Assembly: GCA_900548875.1 (NCBI GenBank)
Contig: URMA01000004.1
Location: 6,488-70,487 of the forward strand
DNA: 64,000 bases
Direction: 5' to 3'
Source: an uncultured Porphyromonadaceae bacterium
Lineage (GTDB): Bacteria; Bacteroidota; Bacteroidia; Bacteroidales; Muribaculaceae
Position 1 is the stretch's first letter. Every line of letters starts with the position of its first letter. Position numbers and translations under genes: made by a program. Below the pieces are notes generated by a model. It did no database searches and was not told the DNA's origin. It was given only the letters and a program-made list of their open reading frames with translations. Shown one piece after another: positions 18,318 through 27,346 of the stretch.

Positions 18318-18372
18318 AAAAACGTCAGAACCCCAAGTGTTTGAAAAAGGCATTTGGGATTTTGACGTTTTA
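18318..18372. terminator. Bidirectional intrinsic terminator at the right island boundary
   Basis: The sequence aaaacgtca ... tgacgtttt forms a palindrome with an inner ccccaagtg/catttggg stem. It serves the island operon (+) and the convergent dehydrogenase gene (-). Confidence 0.6.
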
Positions 18373-18415
18373 TATTATCAGTTGGCGGAAGTGGACGGAG
18401 CCGCTCCCGTGGGGA

Positions 18416-19612
18416 CTATACTTCCAAGTCGCCGTTGATGATTTCGTGCCAGGGCAGACCTTGGATGTTGAGCTGTTCCATGAACGGATCCGGATCGAAC
18501 TCTTCCACATTCCATACGCCCGGACGCTTCCAAAGGCCCTTTAGGAACATCATTGCACCAATCATGGCCGGAACACCGGTCGTGTAGCTTACGGCCTGCA
18601 TGCCGGTTTCTTCGTAGGCGGCATGGTGAGAGCAGTTGTTGTAGACGTAGTAGGTCATCGGTTTTCCGTCCTTACCCTTACCGCTGATGCGGCAGCCGAT
18701 GGATGTTTCGCCGGTATAGTTGGCTCCCAACTCCTTCGGATTAGGCAACACGGCCTTCAGGAACTGGATAGGCACGATTTCCATGCCATTGTAGACAATC
18801 GGCTTGATGCTTGCCATGCCGATGTCCTGAATCACGCGCAGGTGTGTGAGGTATTCCTGTCCGAAAGTCATCCAGAAACGTGCGCGTTTCAGTGTCGGGT
18901 AGTTCTTCACCAGGCTTTCCAGCTCTTCGTGATACATCAGATAGGATTCGCGCGGACCGATGTTCGGATACGTAAGCGGCTTGTGAACCGACAGCGGGTC
19001 AGTTTCCTTCCATTCGCCGTTTTCATAGTATTTTCCGCGTTGTGTAATCTCACGGATATTGATTTCCGGATTGAAGTTGGTGGCGAAAGCCTTGCCGTGG
19101 TTACCCGCATTGCAGTCCACAATGTCGAGATGCTCCATTTCCGAGAAATAATGTTTGGCGGCATAAGCGGTATATACGCCCGAAACGCCCGGGTCGAAAC
19201 CGCAGCCGAGAATTGCCGTCAAACCGGCCTTTTCGAAGCGGTCCTTATACGCCCACTGCCAGCTATACTGATATTTGGCTTCATCAAGCGGCTCATAATT
19301 GGCCGTGTCGAGATAGTTTACACCACATTCCAGACAAGCGTCCATAATTGTCAAATCCTGATAAGGAAGCGCCACATTGATGACGATATCAGGTTGGTGT
19401 TTCTTGAACAGCTCAACCAGTTGCGGCACGCTGTCGGCATCAACACAGTCGGTCACGACATTGTCCTTGCCGATGGCTTTTGCAATATCGTCGCATTTGA
19501 CCTTTGTGCGCGAAGCGAGTACAATCTCGTTGAACACATCGGGATTCTGGGCACATTTGTGCGCCACTACGGTACCTACACCGCCAGCCCCAATAATTAA
19601 GACTTTTGCCAT
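18416..19612 (-). CDS. Saccharopine dehydrogenase family protein, probably carboxynorspermidine/carboxyspermidine dehydrogenase
   Basis: The N-terminus reads MAKVLIIGAGGVGTVVAHKCAQNPDVF..IVLASRT..KC, a Rossmann motif very similar to known carboxynorspermidine synthases. Length is 398 aa. Confidence 0.7.
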   Translation of the reverse strand: MAKVLIIGAGGVGTVVAHKCAQNPDVFNEIVLASRTKVKCDDIAKAIGKDNVVTDCVDADSVPQLVELFKKHQPDIVINVALPYQDLTIMDACLECGVNYLDTANYEPLDEAKYQYSWQWAYKDRFEKAGLTAILGCGFDPGVSGVYTAYAAKHYFSEMEHLDIVDCNAGNHGKAFATNFNPEINIREITQRGKYYENGEWKETDPLSVHKPLTYPNIGPRESYLMYHEELESLVKNYPTLKRARFWMTFGQEYLTHLRVIQDIGMASIKPIVYNGMEIVPIQFLKAVLPNPKELGANYTGETSIGCRISGKGKDGKPMTYYVYNNCSHHAAYEETGMQAVSYTTGVPAMIGAMMFLKGLWKRPGVWNVEEFDPDPFMEQLNIQGLPWHEIINGDLEV

Positions 19613-19667
19613 TTTCTATTAAAATATGAGTTAAACGTAGTTTGAATTATTTTCTCTCTTTTACATG

Positions 19668-21017
19668 TTACATCAACGCCGTGCACACGCCCATGTAGAT
19701 CATCATGCCGATAATGTCGTTGGTGATGGTGATAAACGGACCAGTGGCAATGGCAGGGTCAACTTTCAGCTTCTCCAGCGTCAGCGGTACGAATGTGCCG
19801 AAAATGGCGGCAAACATGACCACGGCAAAGAGCGACACCGATACGGAAATCGTTGTCTGCATGGTGGGATGGAAGAAGAAAAAGTTGTAGGCAAACACCA
19901 ACAGCGAAATGATGCAGGCATTGATCAGCGCCACGCCCATTTCCTTGAAAATCTGCTTGGCGGAATTGCGCAGTTCCAGCGAACCGTTGGCAAGACCCTG
20001 CACCACAATAGCCGACGACTGAATGCCGACGTTTCCGCCCGTACCGCCGATAAGCGGGATGAACAGCGCCATGGCGGGATTCATCGCCAAATTTGACTCG
20101 AAATTTCCCAGAATCAGCGAGTTCGACAAACCGCCAATCATACCGATGAGCAGCCACGGCAGGCGCGCCTTGGTCTGGTCGAGGAGTTTGTCGCTGGTTT
20201 CAACGTCGCTCGAAAGACCGGAAGCCAACTGGTAGTCGCGTTCGGTCTGTTCACGAGCCTCATCCATTACGTCGTCGAAGGTAATCCGGCCTACAAGACG
20301 TCCGATGGAGTCAACGACCGGCATCACAGCGAGATTATATTTTTCAAAGTCAAGCACCACATCGTCGATCGGGTCATCGGCCTTCACATAGAAGGGGTCG
20401 GTGGTCATCACATGTTTAATTTTGGAGATCGACGGGTGGGTAATCAGTTTTTTCAACGGAAGAATGCCGCGGAGCTTGTTGTCGTCGTCCACAACATAGA
20501 CATTGAATATCTCGTCCATATCCTCGGCCTGCTCACGCATGCGCTTTACGCATTCGGGCATGCTCCAGTTTTCATTGACGACAATCATTTCCGTGCCCAT
20601 GATACTGCCGGCAGTACCCTCGTCGTACTTCATCAGGTCGATAATCGAACCGGCCTGTTCCACGTCGTCCACGTGGGAGAGCACCTCTTCCTGGTCCTCC
20701 TTGTCGAGTTCCTGAATAAGGTCGACGGCATCGTCGGTATCCAAGTGTTCGACAAAGTGCTTGGCAATATCCTTGTTCGGAATGTTTTCCAGCAATTGGT
20801 GGCGGACATCTTCGTCCAACTCCATCAACGTGTCGGCAGCCATATCGCCGTCGAGCAGCGACAGTATGAATTCAGCCTCCGGATATTCCAGATGCTGTAT
20901 GAGTTCCGCAATGTCAGCAGGGTGGAAGTCTTTCAGCAACTCACGCACCTTTTCGCTGTCGGACTTCGATATCAGATCCTCAATTTCGCTGAGAAATTCT
21001 TCAGTAAACTCTTTCAT
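19668..21017 (-). CDS. mgtE: Magnesium transporter MgtE
   Basis: The order is an N-terminal MgtE-N domain, tandem CBS domains, then a C-terminal 5-TM domain. Acidic residues are typical. Length is 449 aa. Confidence 0.85.
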   Translation of the reverse strand: MKEFTEEFLSEIEDLISKSDSEKVRELLKDFHPADIAELIQHLEYPEAEFILSLLDGDMAADTLMELDEDVRHQLLENIPNKDIAKHFVEHLDTDDAVDLIQELDKEDQEEVLSHVDDVEQAGSIIDLMKYDEGTAGSIMGTEMIVVNENWSMPECVKRMREQAEDMDEIFNVYVVDDDNKLRGILPLKKLITHPSISKIKHVMTTDPFYVKADDPIDDVVLDFEKYNLAVMPVVDSIGRLVGRITFDDVMDEAREQTERDYQLASGLSSDVETSDKLLDQTKARLPWLLIGMIGGLSNSLILGNFESNLAMNPAMALFIPLIGGTGGNVGIQSSAIVVQGLANGSLELRNSAKQIFKEMGVALINACIISLLVFAYNFFFFHPTMQTTISVSVSLFAVVMFAAIFGTFVPLTLEKLKVDPAIATGPFITITNDIIGMMIYMGVCTALM

Positions 21018-21020
21018 AAC

Positions 21021-21791
21021 CTACTCTCCTTTCAACAGATTGGTCAAACGGATAAATTCAGCCACCGAAAGCTGTTCGGGGCGCTTGTTGAAAATTTCGT
21101 CGGCAAGCACTTCAGGATTTTTGGCCAACGAACGCAAGGAGTTGCGAAGAGTCTTGCGGCGCTGTCCGAAAGAAATCTTGACAATGCTTTTAAACATGGC
21201 CTCATCACAGCCCAATTCGCGCACATTGTTGCGCACCAGACGGATAACTCCCGACTTGACCTTTGGAGGCGGATTGAACACATGTTCGGAAACCGTAAAC
21301 AGATACTCAATGTCATACCACGCCTGCAACAGCACCGACAGGATGCCGTAAGTCTTGGAACCGGGACCGGCGGCAATACGCTCCGCCACTTCTTTCTGAA
21401 GCATACCGCTACAGCACACTACCTGGTCACGATAGTCGAGCACCTTAAAAAAGATCTGCGACGAGATATTGTAGGGATAGTTGCCAATGATACAAAATTG
21501 CCCACTATACATGGAGGCAAGATCCAGCTGAAGGAAGTCCTCACCAATCACTTTCCCCTCCAATTCGGGGAAATGGGCGTGGAGATAATCCACCGACTCC
21601 CTGTCGAGCTCCACCACTTTCAAGTCGTGGCCCTTTGCCAACAAATACTGGGTAAGCACTCCCATGCCCGGTCCAACTTCCAGAACAGGTGTACCTACAT
21701 AATCCTTCAACGTATCGGCAATACGCTCTGCAACTGACAAGTCCGTTAGGAAATGCTGACCTAAGAACTTTTTGGGTTTTACTTTCTGCAT
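21021..21791 (-). CDS. rsmA: 16S rRNA (adenine1518-N6/adenine1519-N6)-dimethyltransferase
   Basis: The N-terminus reads ..KKFLGQHFLTD... A SAM-binding motif (VLEVGPGMGVLT) is present. Length is 256 aa. The start lies 4 nt after the mgtE stop. Confidence 0.9.
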   Translation of the reverse strand: MQKVKPKKFLGQHFLTDLSVAERIADTLKDYVGTPVLEVGPGMGVLTQYLLAKGHDLKVVELDRESVDYLHAHFPELEGKVIGEDFLQLDLASMYSGQFCIIGNYPYNISSQIFFKVLDYRDQVVCCSGMLQKEVAERIAAGPGSKTYGILSVLLQAWYDIEYLFTVSEHVFNPPPKVKSGVIRLVRNNVRELGCDEAMFKSIVKISFGQRRKTLRNSLRSLAKNPEVLADEIFNKRPEQLSVAEFIRLTNLLKGE

Positions 21792-21984
21792 TACAGTGTC
21801 CTTGTTTTAAAAAGACAAGAAGGAATAAATTCCTTTGAATTTCACACACATTAGTTGCGCGCCCTCCTCCGAGCATAGCCTTCAGAGAAAAGCACTGTTT
21901 GTACAGCCGGCAATCCGGAATTTGTTAGAATGCCGCCGCCGTTTTTCAGATAATGCCTCGACTGAACAAAAGGAAATCCGACAA

Positions 21985-22170
21985 TGTCACCTTTCCTTTT
22001 CTCTCAACTTGCACCATCTTTGTAGAAGATAGGATACGCCTTGGCATAAAACTCAAACAAGTTTGGTTTTCTGCACTCGGCTTTCACTATCTTTTAATAA
22101 CATAGGCTGCGTTTCGGAAAAGAAAATTGAGCAAGCTCTTTCCTTTTCCCTCAACTTGCACTATCTTTGC
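21985..22170 (+). promoter_or_regulatory. Promoter region with three repeats of the promoter cassette (-7-like motifs). The downstream exact TATCTTTG is at 22162-22169.
   Basis: The motifs are ..ctcaacttgcaccatctttgtag.., ..ctttcactatcttttaat.. and ..ctcaacttgcactatctttgcaa... The aaacaagtttggttttctgca block is also seen at 46.99 kb. Confidence 0.45.
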
Positions 22171-23219
22171 AATTCGCAAAGATAATTAATATTTTGGAAA
22201 AATTCAACATTAAAAAGCAGATTGGAAATGTCTTCAGAATAGGCATTCCATTAGCCATTGGAGTTGGTTTGTTCTACTGGCTATACACAAATATGGACGT
22301 CAACGAAGTAAAGAATATTCTTCGTTACAATGTCAACTATTTCTGGATAGCCTTGATGATGGTTATCAGTACGTTCAGTCATATTTTCCGGGGCTACCGC
22401 TGGCAACTGCAACTGCGTGCACTGGGCATCAATGCCCCTGCCAACGCACTGGTGGCATCGATATTCGGAACGTATGCCGTCAACCTGATTTTTCCGCGTC
22501 TGGGCGAAGTGTGGCGATGCGGCTATATCGCACAGCGTGAAAAGGCTCCTTTCACGAAAGTTGTGGGCTCAATGGTTGCCGACCGCCTTTCGGATTCCGT
22601 GACGGTGCTGGTGCTGACGTTCATAGCCCTGCTTTTGGCCGGTCCGGCTTTCGACAAGTTTTTCGCCACCTTTCCGCAAGTGAAGGAAAGCCTGTGGCAC
22701 ATTGTCACATCTCCGACCGTGTGGACAGCACTGATTGTCGCCGCAGTGGCGATTGTGTTGATTTTCCGCTTCAGCAAGTCAAACAAGATCATAATGAAAA
22801 TAAAGGGGATGGTGTCCAATATCTGGCAAGGTATCTACGGAATCACCCAAATGGACGGAAAATGGATGTTCCTGCTCTACACAGTACTCATTTGGGGCTG
22901 CTATTTCATCCAGCTCTACGTCTGCTTCTTTGCCTTTGATTTCACCAGTGGCCTGAGCATCGTTGCGGCACTGGTCTGCTTCGTGCTGAGCAGCATCAGC
23001 ATGGGCATACCGACCAACGGCGGCCTGGGGGCATGGCACATCGCCATCATCTTCGGACTCTCGCTCTACGGTGTAGGACAATTCTCCGTCGAGAACCCCG
23101 ACTCGCAGGCTTCCGCCTTTGCCATGCTCGTTTGGGGCTCACAAACGCTCCTGCTGATAGCGTTAGGCATCTATGCCTTTATTTTCATCACATTCGAAAA
23201 AAAGCGTATGAACAAGTAA
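22167..23219 (+). CDS. UPF0104 / flippase-like (lysylphosphatidylglycerol synthase TM-domain) family membrane protein. The true start is probably downstream, e.g. TTG at 22194.
   Basis: It has 8-9 TM helices and a motif ..RGYRWQLQLRALG... The TTG at 22167 in the ORF track overlaps the -7 promoter box, so it cannot be the real initiation codon. Confidence 0.65.
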   Translation: MQFAKIINILEKFNIKKQIGNVFRIGIPLAIGVGLFYWLYTNMDVNEVKNILRYNVNYFWIALMMVISTFSHIFRGYRWQLQLRALGINAPANALVASIFGTYAVNLIFPRLGEVWRCGYIAQREKAPFTKVVGSMVADRLSDSVTVLVLTFIALLLAGPAFDKFFATFPQVKESLWHIVTSPTVWTALIVAAVAIVLIFRFSKSNKIIMKIKGMVSNIWQGIYGITQMDGKWMFLLYTVLIWGCYFIQLYVCFFAFDFTSGLSIVAALVCFVLSSISMGIPTNGGLGAWHIAIIFGLSLYGVGQFSVENPDSQASAFAMLVWGSQTLLLIALGIYAFIFITFEKKRMNK

Positions 23220-23234
23220 AAACAGAAAGGGAAA

Positions 23235-23786
23235 ATGGCAATTATACTGAATGACAGCTTCGAGGAAGACGAGTCGAAGCAGACGGAAACGGAGCCTTCA
23301 CCACAGAAGGACGAGCCGGAAAAGAAAGGGAATGATGCCGACGACAACGAGGACGACATATATATCCGCCCCACATCGAAACGAAGACGCGGAAAAACAA
23401 TCATCACGGTGCTCATCACTGCAGCTGTCGTTCTGGCCGGAGTTTTCATCTACGATGCCTTTTTCAGGGAAATCGTGAAGGACGGATGCGTTCGGGGATA
23501 TATCCTGAAAATCGAACAGGCCAACAACACGTTCGATTCCTACGAAGCTGTAATGGTGCTCGACTATCCGCAGGAAATAAACGACAGCACCACGCTCATT
23601 TTCAACTTTTCCACACAAGACTACGAGACGGCAAAAAAGCTCTACCGCTCGATGAAAAGCGACAGCCTGGTGGTACTGAACTACAAACGGTACAACAACC
23701 GCGTATTCTGGAGAGGGAAAACCAATGTCATTGCCTTTAAAGCCGAGTGCGTAAAGCCGACCCCCAAGTCAAGAAAAAAGAACTGA
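23235..23786 (+). CDS. Hypothetical protein with an acidic disordered N-terminus, one TM helix and a C-terminal globular domain
   Basis: This is an ORF-only call. It is co-directional with the preceding gene and starts 16 nt after it. Confidence 0.4.
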   Translation: MAIILNDSFEEDESKQTETEPSPQKDEPEKKGNDADDNEDDIYIRPTSKRRRGKTIITVLITAAVVLAGVFIYDAFFREIVKDGCVRGYILKIEQANNTFDSYEAVMVLDYPQEINDSTTLIFNFSTQDYETAKKLYRSMKSDSLVVLNYKRYNNRVFWRGKTNVIAFKAECVKPTPKSRKKN

Positions 23787-23789
23787 CGT

Positions 23790-25630
23790 ATAAAAATACA
23801 ATAGGAGCAACACTTCGTATTGCCCCTATCATTATCAAGTGCTAAGCACTGACATAACTTCCCCCTGTTTCCCAACAGAGAAAAGGGTTGATATAATAGT
23901 GATTGGTTTTGTTACCCTAAATTAATCCTTTTTATAATATTGAACAAGCATACACCTGTTTTTTTACGAAAAAATACAGAAAGCATAGACTAAATCAAGA
24001 AAAAAGTTAGAAAAACCACACCGTCCGAAGAACACGACAAAGCCGCCGGGCAATTTCCACCAAGATTCCATATCCACGCTGACAATGACGTCACAAAGCA
24101 GGCAGACGTTCCGGCCCCCAATATTTCTAACATACGGCAAAAATCATTAGCAATAAATATTCAAGAATAACAATATAAAATACAGTCACGTTTTCCACAA
24201 TCAAGCAAGCGAAAAAGAAAAAAGCCGATCGACTCTTCGACCGGATTTAATTCTTTGTTGCTTACAAGAAGCAACTCTTTTTACAAACCTAACATAAAAC
24301 CATTTTTACACTGCATTACGTTTCACAACGGAATGAGTATTTAATACTCCATATTTATTTTCGTAGTGTTAACCATTATTGAAAGTGTTATCTTAACTTT
24401 CACATCACAAAGGTACAACGAAAAACAAGCGTGTGTATGCTCATATAAATAAAAATATAAACTAATATCAGGTAAATATAATATTAATATATTGTAATAC
24501 AATTATTTATTATTATAGTAGAGCCAATCAAATATAAATAATTTTATAAGTATAATAGGGATATAAAACAAGAGGAAATAAGGGAATCTGACGCAGAGGA
24601 GTTAAGTGTTCTTATCATTCATTACCTGTAAGGATCTGCACCGGCCCGAAGAACTATTTTCATCCACATGAAAGGGCATATCCGGCTGACAACGGACAGA
24701 AACATTCACCTGCCCTACTCCCGACAGTTCTGCCACCACACCCAAGCAGCAATGGCCAGAAAACAAAAAAGCTCATCATAAGATGAACTTCAATTGCAGT
24801 TGCCAAAGCAACTTTTTACAAACCTAACATAAAACCATTTTTTCAAATTCATATGCCGTTTCACAACGGCATATAAGAACTATGATACTCCATATAGTGT
24901 TTAACCATTATCAAATCTTTCGATTTGACATTACAAAGATATACCCCATTTTCTCAAATTATACCACCCCATAAATAGCGATATAAGCATTTAAGGCAGA
25001 GATATAAGTACATTCATTTGTCATTCAGATATTTGCGCACAGATAACATAGGGAACAAATATAAATCATTTCACAGCATAACATAATATACCAAGGTAAA
25101 TTGCAATCGATTTCACCCGCCCGGCACCTCGAACTTCCGTGACATCAGCGGACTCCTGGGAGGTAAATTGTAACCGATTTTGCCCGCCAGGCATTATCCA
25201 ACGAGCCCTCCCCCAAGAACGTAGCAGACAGACAAAATAAAAAAGCTCACCAACAAGGATGAGCTTTTGTTTCTTTGTTGCTTACAAGAAGCAACTTTTT
25301 TACAAACCTAACATAAAACCATTAAAGAAATTACTTTCCGTTTCACAACGTCCGAGTAATTAAAAATACTCCATATATCGTAGTGTTTAACCATTATCAG
25401 ATTTTGTCAAGAACAGCTCTTTGTTTTTGACACTACAAAGTTAAGACGATTTCCAACGGATTAAACCACTACATCAATATAAATATAAATAGTTTACGGT
25501 AATATATAAACATATTACTACTGATATGCAATATATTACACTATAATCAGGACAAGATAAATATAAATAAAAATATCAAATCATACAGCTATAAACAAAA
25601 CTGCTCAAACATCATTAAAGGCCATTATTT
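23790..25630. repeat. ORF-free AT-rich region containing three tandem paralogous ~0.5 kb units. Each unit ends in a double hairpin terminator and a conserved ~130 bp module.
   Basis: The conserved module is ..ttgttgcttacaagaagcaac(t)cttttt acaaacctaacataaaaccat ... cgtttcacaacgg ... atactccatat ... gtgtttaaccattat.. It recurs at ~24.25, ~24.79 and ~25.27 kb. Each copy is preceded by a second hairpin (aagctca..tgagctt type) and by a ~100 bp GC-richer block. Confidence 0.6.
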
Positions 25631-27198
25631 CAATCAATCACCCCGATTTTCATGATCTGTTTCTCAAAATTTTCGCGGTCAATGGCCTTGTTTCGCATCT
25701 TATTTCGATAGGCGTAAACCGTGTTTACCGAATATTTGAGGAATTCGGCAATCTTCGTATTGTCATCAAGCCCCATACGATGCAGCGCGTAAATACGCAG
25801 TTCAGCCGTCAGCATGCCCAATTCCGGTACGACAATACGTTCCTCCGGTCTTAACAGCGCATTGACATCATCGACAAAAGTAGTGTAAATTTTCAGAAAG
25901 GCATTGTCAAATTCCCGATAAAAGCCACGATGCTGTTCATCGGAAAAGCGTGCAGACTTCGTCATTTTCAGCAAATCCTCCACCTGCCCGGATACAAGTT
26001 TCCGATTGACAAGTTTCGTAAACGAATCCAGACGTTTCATATAGACGGAGCTCAATTCAAGGAATTGTCCCATATATTCGTCTTTCGCCACGTTGGCATC
26101 ATGAAGCTTCTTTCGGTCCGTAGACAGTTTTCGCATCTGCTTGACAAGGAAAAACACGGTAATCAGCAAACCAATCAGCAACAGACTGACAATCACTATA
26201 TAGGCTACCAACAAATTTTCATGCGACTTGACCTCTGCCCGATGAGCGCCTTCGATAACCGGCAACATGCGGGAAGCATTGTAGACACGCACCTGCGCAT
26301 TACAGAAGGCAGCATCCTCAATTGAGGAAAAAATGTAGCGATAGGCACGCTCAATGTCGCCCTTGTCGTAAACCAACATCGATAATTCGTACATCGACTG
26401 ATTTTCCTTGACAGAACACTGCAAATCGGAAATAGCGGAAAGCGCATAAAACTTCATACTCTCGTCCGTATTGCCTTCAGCATTGAGAGTGGAGGCCAAC
26501 AGACCTGCGGCAATGGCATATTCATTGCTGGTTTCCGGCAATTCGGACAATAAATCACCCAAAACGAGTTTAGCCGACACATTCTTTTTATCCCATAAAG
26601 CCTGCTCAGCCTCATACAGACGGCGCGTAATCGACCCTTCCGGCAAGGAAGCAATCCACTCCTTACGCAATTGATTGGTCGTATTATAATAATGACTGTA
26701 ATAAATACTTCCACGGTTAATGGAATTCAAGGCGAAGGAATAAATGCGATAGCCGCATTCATAATAGGCGGAATGCAAAGAATCGGGCAACTGGCTGAAA
26801 TCAATGGAATTATATTCCGAAGAGACCTCCGAATAAAAGCCCACAATCATTTCCGGACGAAGCCGTTTCAATTTAAGATGAATCGCCTTGCCGGGATTGC
26901 CGAGTGTATCGGCCACGCCGATAGCCTGCGAATAATAATAGACAGCGGAATCGGCCTTGAACAGCGTGAATTCATCGCCCAACTTTTCAAGACAGACCAA
27001 TTGCGCAGACTTGTCAGAACCCGCACGGTTCAAAATTGTCTTCAAACTGTCGATACGGGCATATTTCGCCTTGTCAAAAATGTTTTTTTGGGCAATCATC
27101 TTGTCCAGACGCTGTATTTCAGGCAAATTCGCCGAAGCACTGAACACACCGAGGACAGCAGATAACAGGGTTAGAATAATGGTTAAACGTTTAGGCAT
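25630..27198 (-). CDS. Membrane-anchored TPR-like sensor/regulator with C-terminal HTH (Bacteroidetes DUF6377-like family)
   Basis: The order is signal peptide, ~300 aa TPR-like periplasmic domain, one TM helix (VAYIVIVSLLLIGLLITVFFLV), a cytoplasmic coiled coil, then a C-terminal HTH (..KYSVNTVYAYRNKMRNKA..). Confidence 0.6.
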   Translation of the reverse strand: MPKRLTIILTLLSAVLGVFSASANLPEIQRLDKMIAQKNIFDKAKYARIDSLKTILNRAGSDKSAQLVCLEKLGDEFTLFKADSAVYYYSQAIGVADTLGNPGKAIHLKLKRLRPEMIVGFYSEVSSEYNSIDFSQLPDSLHSAYYECGYRIYSFALNSINRGSIYYSHYYNTTNQLRKEWIASLPEGSITRRLYEAEQALWDKKNVSAKLVLGDLLSELPETSNEYAIAAGLLASTLNAEGNTDESMKFYALSAISDLQCSVKENQSMYELSMLVYDKGDIERAYRYIFSSIEDAAFCNAQVRVYNASRMLPVIEGAHRAEVKSHENLLVAYIVIVSLLLIGLLITVFFLVKQMRKLSTDRKKLHDANVAKDEYMGQFLELSSVYMKRLDSFTKLVNRKLVSGQVEDLLKMTKSARFSDEQHRGFYREFDNAFLKIYTTFVDDVNALLRPEERIVVPELGMLTAELRIYALHRMGLDDNTKIAEFLKYSVNTVYAYRNKMRNKAIDRENFEKQIMKIGVID

Positions 27199-27346
27199 TG
27201 TAAAAAAATATAATTCAGTTTCAAAGATAATTAATTTGGCGACAACTAAATAAGTTTCGTAAATATAAATGCAAGAATTAACTAAAAAACCTGCCGAACA
27301 GAGGTCGAAAACATTTTTTCAGATAGGATTCAAATGAGGATGACAA

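Noticed and set aside
13567-18372. Direct repeat 'aaaacg(c)gtcag' at both island boundaries as candidate attL/attR
   Set aside because: The shared string is only ~10 nt and sits inside terminator palindromes on both sides. It is too short and too explainable by terminator structure to call an attachment site.
22167-22169. TTG start codon given by the ORF track for the UPF0104 gene
   Set aside because: It overlaps the exact -7 promoter box (22162-22169), so the transcript cannot include it. The real start must be downstream (candidate TTG at 22194 or a later Met). I kept the gene but flagged the start.
23790-25630. Possible CRISPR array or tandem repeat satellite
   Set aside because: Repeat units are ~500 bp, diverged, and contain terminators. 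There are no short regular 28-48 bp repeats with unique spacers and no cas genes in the window.
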